From Lama glama (lineage: Eukaryota), in contig CM052817.1 in assembly GCA_028534125.1 (NCBI GenBank), forward strand, positions 45,324,001 to 45,388,000: a stretch of DNA of 64,000 bases, in the 5' to 3' direction. Positions 1 to 12,671 of this stretch are shown here, one piece after another. Below the pieces are notes generated by a model. That model had not been told where the DNA came from, made no database searches, and worked only from the letters and a program-made list of their open reading frames with translations. Position 1 is the stretch's first letter. Each line of letters opens with the position of its first letter. Both the position numbers and the translations under genes were made by a program.

Positions 1-737
1 TTGTTAAACTAGAAGCCATGGGAGCTGGGGTTTGTCCTAGCTTTGCCACTGACTGAGTTTATGATCTTGGGTGAGACCCTTAAATCATGAGATTCTCTTA
101 TGCTATTTGGTTACTACATAAATTTTTCCTATGTGATGTCTTTCTTTTATATGCCTCACTGTGTTCCTTGTAGTTTTTTGGGAGGATCAAATTCGATTAT
201 ATATATATATGTTTATATATAAACATACACACACACACACATACAGACATGCACAACCCCTAATGTGTATAAAAGGCTATATAAATGAGATATTATTGCT
301 ATTAAATTTACTGATTTGCCTATGATGTCATACAGCCAAAGACCAAGTAATTTGTGAACTTCAAAATACTGCACAAATATTTAGTACAAATATATCTCAC
401 TATTTGAAATCTATTTGAAACCTATTTTTATGTATCTGAAATCTGGTTCCTGGGTGATGGCAAGAGTTTGGTTAAGGAGGAATACTTGTATGGCTAATAT
501 TTGATTCTCATATAATCAGACCAGCAGATCTAGAGAGGGACTGTAGCAATCTAGTCAATACGCTCACTTTCCACTTTTGTGTCATGTTGTTCTCTAACTA
601 ACCTACTAATAATAGGCACTTCCCCCTCTGTTCAGGGAACTCACTATCTTACTAAACTAAACTAAAACAGGAATATCAAGTGGTGTTTTTTTTTTTAACA
701 TTCATTGCTTTGAACTAGTTTTTATGTGACACTGTAA

Positions 738-959
<222 letters not shown>

Positions 960-1455
960 TAATTAGGATTAAAAAAAATTTACCTCTGTATACTGTGTAT
1001 ATCTCCAGGTACTAATCACCTTTAATTGTTAAGAAGGGAGTAGAAGGTTATATCAGAGATTTCCCATTGACTGTACTTAGTGTTGACTTGCCTGGTTCTG
1101 TAGAGGTTAGAAGAAAGAGCTAGATGAACATCTTAAATTTGGAAATGAGATTCATTTGGCAAGTCAGAAATAGAAAATAACATTATCTCTTTAAAACTAT
1201 GTAGGTAACTTTTCTTTTGAAAGCATTAACAAAAGATGAAGAAGGAAGAAGCAGAAGAGTAACAAGACAGTCTAGTTGGCCTCTAAGGTGAATGACCTAT
1301 AAAAGTAAATGTACCTTAATTGTCACTGGGTATAGCAGCTTGTGACTTTTATTTTGAAATGGATAAGGAGATTAAGGTATTACATCCTGAACAATTAAAG
1401 TCACAAAATATTCTGTTAAAATATTTAACCCTTGGTGTAATGTATATTTTCACAG

Positions 1456-1574
1456 GTTTTGGAAACGTTGTGGAACTTCGCATCAATACCAAGGGTGTTG
1501 GGGGAAAGCTTCCAAATTTTGGTTTTGTGGTTTTTGATGACTCTGAACCAGTTCAGAGAATCTTAATTGCAAAA
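1456..1574 (+). CDS. G3BP2: G3BP2 penultimate coding exon ([43 protein letters not shown])
   Basis: tttcacag acceptor, AAA|gtaagt donor; RNP1 NFGFVVF; frame continuous with flanking exons. Confidence 0.96.
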
Positions 1575-1799
1575 GTAAGTGACTTAAGGGGCATAATTCA
1601 AGACTCTTATTCCTATTGTATATGATGCTAATTTGGTGCATTTAAAAACTATAGAAAGCCTTTTTTTTTTAAACAGTAAAGCTAAAAATAGTTCACTATA
1701 AAATGGTATTTATGCAAAGAATAAAGATTTGTTAGTTTTAAAGTCTGAGGTATGGATTTTATTATTTACTCTGGTGAAGAAAGTTGGAATAGATATTAA

Positions 1800-2183
<384 letters not shown>

Positions 2184-4840
2184 GGCTCCATTGTTGGCAA
2201 AGTCTTGGCAGTGGTACATTATTCATCGTGTTTGCATTCTTGTTAATTTTTTTTGGCTTTGGAATGTGACACAGCCTTTTTGATCATTTCTTTGATGTGA
2301 AAAGCATCTTTGGGTTATCAGTTAAATTGAGGTGGACATTATTTCCCCAGTTTTACAACAGGATTTGCATTGTTAATTTATAAATCTAGACTTGGAGAAT
2401 TAAGGACTGAGAAGTGACCATATCTTAAACTATCTACAACAAAGTGAACTTAAAAGGACATGCCCAACTGAATTCAGGTCCTTTGAGTCAAAAAAATCCT
2501 CTGCTGCACATTTTGTTTAAGTGTTACTGTTTCTGCCTATTAATGTTGGAAACACAAATAGTGCAATTTGTGCAATTGGAGAATCTTGCCTTTTTTCTTG
2601 ACTCCCCCCCAAATACAAACCAACAGAAACTTATGTGTGCACTCATCAGAATGCACTAAATGGGTAGTCTGAACTCATTAACGCTGACATCTGCAACAGG
2701 AGGCAACAGGGGAAAAGAAATCTTTCATTTTTTTTCCCAGTAGAGTATAGTTTGTGAAATGATGAGGGCATTTTATCTGCTTGCTGTGTGTACACATAAA
2801 CCTTAACAAGACTACAAGTATGTTCCAGAAGGAAATAATTTAGTTACGAACTAAATAACAAAAATCAGAACTTCAAATGCTATGGTCTTAAATATTAGAC
2901 CAGATTTAGTAGCTCCATATCTAAGATTTTTCTACCTGCCCCTCTTCAGTACAGGGATGGCTGGCTGCTCAACACACTCCTCCTCCCTTTCCTCCTTTCT
3001 TTAAGCTGTGTACAGTGAAAATTGTCTTTACTGTATTTTTGTTCTCTGGTAATGTAATAAGCATGATGGTGCCTTCTATTAATACATCATTCCAGTCTTG
3101 CTGGTAATTTTGTACAGTATAGTGTATGAATTGCTGTGCTGCAAAGCCAAACAGCTGCAAAATGTTGAAAAATCATTGAAGTGTATAAAAATTGCAGTAT
3201 CTTTAAAATCAGTAAAATTGACTAGCATATTATTTGCCTTGTTCTTCAGTTAACAACTTTGTGTTCTCCGTGGGAGGGAGTCTTGTGTGTTTGTGAAGGA
3301 GAGGGAAGGAGGAAGTCAGTTATTTGAATAAGTCTCTTGTTGACTTTTCTCATAGCCTGAATGTGAACCTTGAAGCGTATCATTTGAGAGGCGCTTGGAA
3401 AAGTCAATCAACTTGATGTACATTTTTAGTGACATTTAAAAAGCAGTCAGATTCCATAAATGGCAAGTAAACCTGAAGTGAGGATACTGCAATTTTCAGA
3501 GGAAAGAACAACAGCTCTTAAGTGTTTGCATTTTCTATTTGGGGGGCAGGGAACTGTCATTCATTTTGCACAATTCTTGAACTGATGTCAGCACCCGAGT
3601 GGCTCTGAATTTAAGTCTGGGACGACATCTTTTATTTTTACATGAATCTCTAAGCAATTCTGTGAGCAAAGTTTGTAGCTGCTGGATTATTGTCTGTCTT
3701 TATAACAAGTTCCAGTAAACCGCACGTATGACAAAGGATGTCCAGTTTTACGCTTGGAGCATTCGGTACATACCATTTCTGATGTTTCAGGCTAGGAGTG
3801 GGGTAAATAAGTGTGACCACTTAAAGCTGCTTGTTAGCATGGAAGACTTCTCCATTCTGTCTTAGTAACAACAGACAAAAAACGCACTTGACATAATAGC
3901 AAACTGGTTCTAAATTATGAAACCGTTCGCTATTTAATAAACTAGCAAATGATGCACATAATTTTGTTTTTCATGTACTGGGCAATGTAAGTAAAAGTAA
4001 ATCTGTCCCTTTTTCCCCTGCTTGAATGAGGTCTTCCATGTTTGAGGAAAGTCTTGCACTATTGCATATATTTTGGGGACACAGATTTCTCAGTTTCCAT
4101 TTTGTGGGGCTTAAGGATTTTTTTTTCCTGTTTGAAATACTTTCACAGTTTCTGATGTATAGTACTTGAAGTTCTTACCAGAAAATTACTTTTGAGTTTT
4201 GAAGCCTTTATTCAAACTGCTTTTAAATAAGTGGTTTATCTTCAGTGTTTTGTTTTGTTTTGTTTTTTATAGCATATTTTCCCTCCACTCTTTCATTTCT
4301 TTCATATATGTAAAATTTCCAATCCAACATATTGCCCTGCCACCCATGAAAACTGTTCTGGCACCAAAAGTAACGACAAATGTTAAGTGTAATAGAAAAT
4401 TAAAGCAAAGAGCCATTCAGCTTCAGTCTTTACATACCATGAATAAAACATTAAAACATCACATGGAGAAGTTTACATGGTGATTGTTCACCTGCAGTAC
4501 TGTGGACTTTAAACATTTTGTCCCCTTTTCAGTGAACCAGAGTAAAATACTCATCTACCATTACTGTTATTTGCTAATTTTTTTTTTTTTGGATGGTAAT
4601 ATTCTATTCTATCCTTATGACACTATTGCAACCAAATTGGCTTTACCATCTTGGCTTTAGTAGGTATAGAAGACAATGGATTACCATCTTTATTGCTGTA
4701 ATGTGTTAAGCATTATATGCTAGTAGTATCTAGTTTAATTGTTTCAGGTGGAAAGTATTCTTTGAGTTTCCATTTTGAATGTGTTTGGACTAAACAAACA
4801 ATAAACTACTGATGTCTGCAGCATTTATCTATGTCCCTAA
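2184..4840 (+). other. G3BP2: G3BP2 3'UTR (~2.65 kb, AT-rich, no recognisable transposons)
   Basis: Follows the stop; AATAAA at 4442-4447 and 4800-4805 with GT/T-rich sequence downstream of the latter; end approximate. Confidence 0.75.
4800..4805 (+). terminator. G3BP2: Probable main G3BP2 polyadenylation signal
   Basis: AATAAA followed by ggtttgtgtt GU-rich element. Confidence 0.65.
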
Positions 4841-6083
4841 TTTAATCTATAGGTTTGTGTTCCAAAATATTTTCTCCCGATCACATTTCACACAGCCTAA
4901 GTAAAAATGAGGAATTATTCTAAAACCAACTGATTATTATTTGTGAAATTAGATGTGTAAAATAAAACAAGTAAGACCTGATTGTTGTTAGAGATTGATC
5001 CCAGTTCAGTTAGATAGCTGGCATACAAGGTAAAGGATGTTAGAACAGAAAAATAAGTGGTAAGGAAGGTGAGAAGGGTCTAAAGCAGACTACTGACTTT
5101 TTTTTTTTTTTTTAAATTTGGAGTTTTCCAAAGAATTGCTACCTCATCTCAGAAGGAAAGGAGAAAAGAAATGGGAAGATTGAGGTTATCTGAAGTTATG
5201 GACATGACCCAATTCAGCAATTGCAACAATCTTGCCAAGCTCTAAAAGAGTATTAAGAGAAAGAATCATTTAGTTATAAATATGAATATATACTTCAAAT
5301 GAAAAATGAGGTCCTAAGGCATATGTACTTTCAGAACTTTAGACTTTTCCTTCATTAAAAAGGATAGTATAAATGAGTTTTCTGATACATTCATAACACT
5401 GTTCATGAAGATTCATTAACTCAATCTTCACAAATTTATATTTGAGAAAAGCCAGAATAACTATTGTTTAAATACTCTCATGGACGTAAGACTTAATTTT
5501 TACAAATGTATATTAAACTCACTTTCAATTTTAATTATAATTGTAATTTATCTAATTTTATGGCTGTGGAAAAACATTTTTCAGAGGGGTTAAAATGTAT
5601 ATGCCACACTGTATTGAAAAAAGAACCAAATTTCAAGGAGCAAAATATCATTTGGTCCAGGAAATCTATGTGGAACAAAGTATTTGAAAGTTTCGGCCAC
5701 ACAGGATGCTTCATTTTCATTGTGCTATATAATACAGTCTTTGTATTGAGTGAATAAAAATATAGTGGATAGATGTTCAAATTTTTTCCTTTAAATTAGG
5801 ACAACTTGTTGATAATTTATATTTCAACTACAGGTGAAGACTTTCTTTCATCCTGTGTTCATAAGACTTTCTAATTACGATCAGTTTAATGGCAGTTACA
5901 AATTATTTCAAATTCTTGGATAAATGAATTATTTATCACATCCTGAGATTGCCCTTTGTGATAGATTTCAGTAGGTTCATGTAGAGAGTAGTTGTTTAAA
6001 ACTAATTGCATCCTTAAGTCTGAGAATTTCTAAGTAATGACGTTTCTGGGTATTTTTGACAAAATCTTCCAGTCTATTTATGT

Positions 6084-6086
<3 letters not shown>

Positions 6087-6114
<28 letters not shown>
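6087..6114. repeat. (GT)n microsatellite
   Basis: Perfect GT dinucleotide run. Confidence 0.95.
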
Positions 6115-6119
<5 letters not shown>

Positions 6120-7619
6120 CACACCTTATGCTTCAGAATTACAGGAAATGAAGTCTATTTTTAACATTACTAAATACTGGGCAAAATAAATGGCACGTTT
6201 AGAGTGAAACATTCACAGAAAGATTAACTACTCTTTGTCCTTGATCTCTTAAGTGTTTTGGTAAAGCTAGCTGTCTGCTTGGAATGCTTCAGCTTTGTGA
6301 CAATATTCTAACTGCTCCTGTTTTGTGTACTCACTGTTGTTGCCCTGTAACCTTCACTGCCTGCCCCCTGCACACACACACACTTCTCTGAATGGTTTTA
6401 GGAACTATCTAAAACAATGTATTGGACCCTCAGCAAGTGTTACCTGATACTGTTTCTCACTTAGCTGATTTTTACTGTCTACCTATCCTGTGTTTCAAAC
6501 ACATTTTTTTAAACCCTTTTTTACCTTGTTACCTTTTGAAGTCATAGATAATTCAAAACCCAGAGGTCCAAAACTGTTTTCTCTTTCTAAGTGACTTATG
6601 CATGCCTGGTTCTCTGATAATGAACAGCTCTAATCTGACCTATCTAACCTAGAAATGTTTGAAGTCTAATCTGTTCTGCTGAATACTTTCTCTGTGTCTC
6701 TCTCCTATCCATTTTTCAGGTGCAGGAGGTCTTGTTCCTGCTATTCTGATTAACTTTCATTGGCTCATTTAATTCATTAACTATTGAGCTCCTAAGAGCC
6801 AGGCACTCTTCTAGGTACTGTTGATAAATGATGAAATAAACAAGATTTCCTGCTCTCAAGTTTAAAAGGATTGAAACTTTGGAGAGAACGAGTGGGTGCA
6901 TATTTAACAAGGTAGCTATGGGGCCTTGTTGGCCTTAAGGAGGTTGGTCTTTATCCCAAGGACAATAGGAATTTGAAGGTTTTGGTGAGTGGCAGGAAGA
7001 TAATTCTATTTTGAAATCTCTCTGGCTACAGAGTAAACAAATTGAAGGACTGAAGAAGCAATGAGTAAATAGGTGAAAGGATGCTAAAGTATTTTAGTCA
7101 AGAGCTATGATAGAGTGGTTGTACTAGCTTGTACTTGAGTGGTGATGGTAGAAACCTAAAGAATTTGAAAGACCTGGGGAGTAAAATAAAATGGCCAGGT
7201 CTTGGTGAGGAAGAAGTTGGTATCAGAGAATTCAAAATTTTAACTTGCATAGTTGGAAAAGTAGCATGATATGTGAAACACAAGTTAAAAAAACAGGCTT
7301 TCATGATGAGGAGGCAAGAGTGCTGTGAAACCCTTAATGGATTTTGGTGTGAACTAGACCTGAAAAGATAAGGCTATATAGGAGGGTATGGAATCTTGAC
7401 AACTTGCTTTTTTAAAAACTATAGAATGGTAAGTTTTATGTATATTTTACTACACACACACACACAAACATTCTATGCACATTATATAGAAAGTACAGAT
7501 AATGCAGAAGAGTGAACTCCCACAATCTAACCCATAGGTGATCCTTAAAAATATCTTGGCGTGTGTGTGTGTGTTTCTTTATACTATTAAACATTGTTTT
7601 AATGAAGACAAACCATTTA

Positions 7620-8100
7620 ACAGTGTTTATCGAGTGTTTATTGAGCACCTCTTATGTGCCAGGCACTGTTCTTGATGTTGAGGATCCATGAGCAAGATAA
7701 GTCTGCAGGGCTCCCTCTGAGCTTATGTACTTGACAATGAAGAAAAGTAGTTGTAAATGCTGTGTAAAATAAGATAGTACAGAGCAACTGAGTGGCAGCT
7801 TTAGAGAGGTGTTCCCCAGTCACCTAGAGATGACATGGAACATAGGAGCACTCCAGTTAGAGGGACTAACTAGTATAAATCCTCCAAAATTGGAAAGGCT
7901 TAGAGGGTGATGAGAAGAAGCTCGGATGGGTGGAATTGGGTCAAGGGGTGGAAAAATGGTAAGAGGTGAAGTAGAGATGTTGGGACTAGATCATGTAGTC
8001 AGCCCATGTAAGGAGTTTATTTGGATGTTTTCTTAATTGCAACATGAAGCCATGTAGAGGATTGATGGCAGGAGGACAAGAATGCAAACAGGAGGCTACT
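7620..8100 (-). mobile_element. Degraded LINE-2 fragment
   Basis: tttattgagcacctcttatgtgccaggcactgttct is the typical antisense L2 3' end; boundaries approximate. Confidence 0.65.
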
Positions 8101-9029
8101 GTGATAATTCAAGAATATTATATCTGAGGGAGGGAAATAAGATTTAGGTTATTTTTCGGCAACTGAATTCAGGTATCTGAAAGGAACTGAAAATGAATAG
8201 TTAGCATAAAGATACAAATCAATGAAAAGTAGATACTTCCACTTAAAATAGTGTAATCAGGAAAGTAGTTATCTTTATATCCATTCTCATCTTTAAAATG
8301 AGTTCTACAATATTTGGGGGTAGACTATGAATCACATTGCTGGTAGCTTTACATCTGATTTAATACTTAGGCCAGGTAAGGTATAGTTACCTATTTTACA
8401 CTCAAGGAGATTGAGGCTCAGAAGGGTTATTGTAGTCAAACTAGCATGAAAGGATTTGAAATACTAAAGTAACTATAAGTTGATCTTATTTAAAGGATGA
8501 ATAATTTTAGAAAATGGGTTGTAAGCACTAAAAATTTAAACTTTGAATGCAATGCATTTTTATCCTCGCTTCATTTTAGGAAATTGGAAAATCACAACCT
8601 CCAGCATTAGCAGGCCTAAAATTAAGGATCCCTTAATCAGGAACTACTACATTCAGGAAGTACAAGCATTAAGTAATGAGGCAGAGTTAAGACTTAGAAC
8701 GGAAATCAAATGGTGTCAAATACTGTTCAGAGCTGAGAAAAAAGAATACATTTTGAGGATCTGTCATTTTATATATGTGATATCTTAATCTGATAACCCT
8801 ACTAAGTTCTTACTTTTTGTTTTTAAATTGGTGAACTAAAGCTTGGAGAGGTAAAAGCAAAGCTCTGCCTGGCATATGGTGATGAGTATAGTGACTCAGA
8901 AAACAGGTGTGAGACATTTCAGTTGGGTGATTGATTTAACAGGAGAGTGATGTTTCAAAGCAGGCACTTTAAATATTAGCAACCGAGATGTGTGAAAGAA
9001 GAAAGACTTGTTTAGCAGTGTGTGGGTAT

Positions 9030-10075
9030 TAGCATCTAACATATGCCAGAAACCTCCCTGGGTGCTGGCTGGCAATACACCAGGTACAGCCCACCCTCAG
9101 GGAGCTTATATTTTTTGAGGCGGGGAAGCAACAAATATAAGTGGTTTCAGTCTTGATTAGTCCTGGGCATAATACGACTCATTAGTCTCAACAGTAATCC
9201 TAAGGGGAGGAGGACTATTTTACAGAAGGGTTATCTCAGGCACAGTGGAGTTAGCTGCTTTTCCCATAGCATGTGGCTGATCGGGTGTAGGACTAGTAGA
9301 GGATGTAATAGTCACTGGACTTTAGGCTGTTCTTAATCATTACAGAGGGTGGTAATGAAAAGTCTCAAGAACACTTGATACCTGAAATGAGGAGAAAGCA
9401 GCCTTGAGGAGATCTAAAGGAAGAGCATTCCAAATAGAACAAGTGCAGAGGCCCTGTGTTTGGAAGTGGCTTGTGTTCAAGGGCATTGATGCCATTGTGG
9501 CCATAACAATAAGCAGATGATACCAAGAGGTAGGTAACAGCTAAATCGAGGATGGCTGTGTATTTTGGATTTTACTCAAAGTGGGATTGTAAGGATCTGG
9601 GCAAGAAAGTGATGTGATCTGAATTAGCGAGGAGCCTGTCAGGAAGAGACGTTGGGTGATGGTGATGGTGGCTTGGATTAGGGTTGTAGCAGTGAAGACA
9701 ATGATGAACAGTCTTAATTAGATAATCTGAGATACAACCTACAAGACTTTTTTATGGATTGGATTTTGAATGTGAAGGAAAGAAGGGATTCAAGGATGAC
9801 TCCTGGGATTTTTATGCAACTTGGGTAGAAGGCAATATTCTACTGAGAGAGAGGAGCAGGAGTGGAATGTGAAGGGAAAGTCAACAGTTCTCTTTTATCC
9901 ATGTTAAGTTTACTATGCCAATAGATATCCAAGAAGAAATGTCAGATAGTATGATTTGGGAATTCTGAGGAGAGCTCCATGCTATGACTGGTCAGAATAG
10001 GTCTTTGCAGCTATTGGGTTAAATGAGATCATCTAGGAGGAGAGTGTACAAAAGAAGAGGCAAAGGACTGAGCCC
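9030..10075 (-). mobile_element. Degraded LINE-2 fragments with a MIR-like piece
   Basis: L2-like motifs (gattcaaggatgactcctgggatttt, catgttaagtttactatgcc, gagatcatctaggaggagagtgta); approximate. Confidence 0.55.
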
Positions 10076-10719
10076 TTAGAGTAACCCAGTTCTCTTCCTC
10101 ACTTTAGCAATCATCTCTGTTAAATAACTCTTGGCAACAGTCATTCTCTACATATTTTGACATCTCAAAACAATGTGCTTGGGTCAGATTATTGCCCCAA
10201 AATTAAAAAAAAGAAACAAACCATCTTTCACTTATGGCCCACGATTGATCACAGGCATCACTTCAATTGAGTCCCAAGTGAATAGGTTTTTATTTTTTAA
10301 CTGAGAAGATCTAAACGAGCTAATGTGTTTGTCCTATGTTTTTCTGTTTTTCTTCTTTCCTCTAAACCTCTTCAAGGCTAGGCCCTTTTCATATTTTATT
10401 ACCTCCTCTTCACTGCTTTTCTTGGTTTTTCATTAATTATTCCTTTTTTTTTTTTGCCTCTTTAAAGCTTCTCTCTCCATTCTTCTTCCTTACAAAGATT
10501 TTCCTGTTTAAAAAGAAAAAATAACAATAACCCAATCCTGCTTCTGCATAATGCTGCCTCCTCTTCAGCAAACACATAGATGACTTTGCCCAGGATGTTT
10601 AATTCTTGAATACCCTATGTCTCCTTTACAGTTGGCTTTCAAGCTCGATTCTTAAGAAATTGTTTTCTCCAGCACTACCTAGTCACCAAAGGATAAACTT
10701 TCAGTTGCCTGTGGGATAT

Positions 10720-10868
10720 AAACAGGTTATTTTAAGCTTCAGGGCCTCTTGCTTAAAGTTACCTTTAAAATGTTTATGTTGTTGAATATTTTTGTAAAGT
10801 TACAAAAGTAAAATATTTTTGCATTCTTGTTCTCAAGCTTCAGGCCCAACAAAACCCGGATTTGCCAC
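10720..10868. mobile_element. MER53-like non-autonomous DNA transposon remnant
   Basis: aagcttcagggcc ... aagcttcaggcccaacaaaacccggatttgcc resembles recalled MER53 ends. Confidence 0.45.
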
Positions 10869-11749
10869 TTTAAAGGGAATCTGCTTCTCATATGAAAGAA
10901 GTTCATCAGATTAGCCTACAGAGGTAAAAAAAGGGGCATAGCTCCCTCCACTTGGTCACAGCTAAGGATAGAGCTAATTACATCTTGTATTGACTAAAGA
11001 ATTATATTCTTTCCATAGCCAGGTCTCAGGTCTGGTCCTCATTAGTTTCAGGAACTAGATTTTAAGCAGCTTGACCAAGGTGATCAAGCACTGGAAGATT
11101 AATTCATTCTAAGCAAACTCACAAAAGTTTGTTTAAAAACCAGAATGTTTATTTCTTTGTGTACAAGAAGGAATTAATACCTAAATATTGAATATAGGTA
11201 TAAGTATCTGCTATCCAGGGCACTTTTAACTGGATCAAGGTATTATGGAAACCAAATACTATTATAAAATGTTTAGTTTTCATAATTTGACGTGAAAATA
11301 ATTGAGTGCTTAAGGTCTTTTCACTGCAGGGGTATGGTGTAACCCTCAAATTCCTTGAAAATGAAGAAAGCCCTGTTTCTTGTGTGATTTCAGATGTGCA
11401 TGATTCTGACCTACCAGTCTTGCCTGGTCATGGATTGAGTTAGTCTCTGCCTTAAACATCGCACCACGCAATTGCACCCAATTTTGGCTGTCAAAAGACC
11501 AAAGTACTGCTCATGTGTGCTAGTTCCCCACCTATCCTAGCCCTTTTTCTCTTATTTCTTTCATATTCTCTCTTCTCCTTCCATTATCTCCTAAGTGGCT
11601 CCCTCATGTTCAGTGCCTAGGCCGTCTTCCCCAAGTCCCTCCTAAAGTCAGTTCTGTTGTCACCTACTACTTTCACCTTGCCTCGCCTACTTATCATCAC
11701 CTCTTAGACTGTCACCCTCATCTCCTACCTGGCCCAGACTGGCTCCACT

Positions 11750-12500
11750 GCCCGGACGGGAAAGGAAGCGTCGAATAGCGGTCGGGCCAGAACCTTCTCG
11801 TGTGAGGAGCCCACTCCCCGGCTCAGCGGGGAAGCTTGAGTACGCTTCATCGCGTTCTTTGCACAGTCTCCCCCTCTCATTTTCTCCCAATCCTATAAAA
11901 CCATCACCACCACTTTGAGCCTTTCCCTGAGCACTAGAATCTCCTCTTGGCCTCAGACATAAGGAGAGGCCTCCCGGCGAAAGATGCTTCCTTACTTGAA
12001 AGCGCAGCTGTATGCTAATGCTGGCGTCTGCGCATCAGTGATGAGAACCTGAGCAGGGCCCCAGGTGAACCGGCAGGGTGGTTGGCAGTAAGCCAATCAC
12101 AGCTCGTGACGACAGGGCCCGGCCAATCAGAACACGGGAAGTTTGGCGCACTCAGGGCGGGCCTGGGAGGGTGAGGACCCGCCCCCTTGCAGCTCGGTGG
12201 CCAACGCCTTTGCCCAGGGCTAGCGAGAGCTGAGCAGATTCACAGGCTCCTGGGACTGGGCACCGTAGAAGCTGGGAGGCGGTGCCCTCTCACCCCAGGT
12301 ATTATCCGTACAGGCCTTGGCCTTAACAGGTGTTGTGCCTGCCGTGGACGCATTTTAACCCCGGCCGTATCTCTCTGGAGACTTTGTGCCTATGGTTGGG
12401 GACAGAGTGAGGTCGTTGCCTTGACGACGGCAGCATGTGGCCCGCGGTCCTCCGGAGTGTGAGCTTGCGGCGGGTCGAGGCCAATCTGCCTCCCTGCCTG
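11750..12500 (+). promoter_or_regulatory. CDKL2: CDKL2 CpG-rich promoter region
   Basis: Local GC/CpG enrichment; two CCAAT boxes 30 bp apart (12093-12097, 12123-12127); GC box gggcggg ~12155-12161; no TATA. Confidence 0.75.
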
Positions 12501-12671
12501 CTTCACCTGGGACCCGAGACTGTGCCTGCAGAAGAAATCACGACAACAGTAGAATTGCTAGTTTGCTAGTCAGCATCTTTTAGACCTACAAGCGAGATGC
12601 ATTTCACCTGAAATTTGTTCCCAAGTTGAAAACCTTTGGGTCTTTCCACGCGAAAGGATTTAAAAGCAACA
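12190..12671 (+). other. CDKL2: CDKL2 non-coding first exon (start approximate)
   Basis: Downstream of the CCAAT/GC boxes; ends at tandem donors CA|gtaagt (12672) and AA|gtaagt (12676); the next exon has an acceptor 31 nt before the ATG. Confidence 0.6.
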
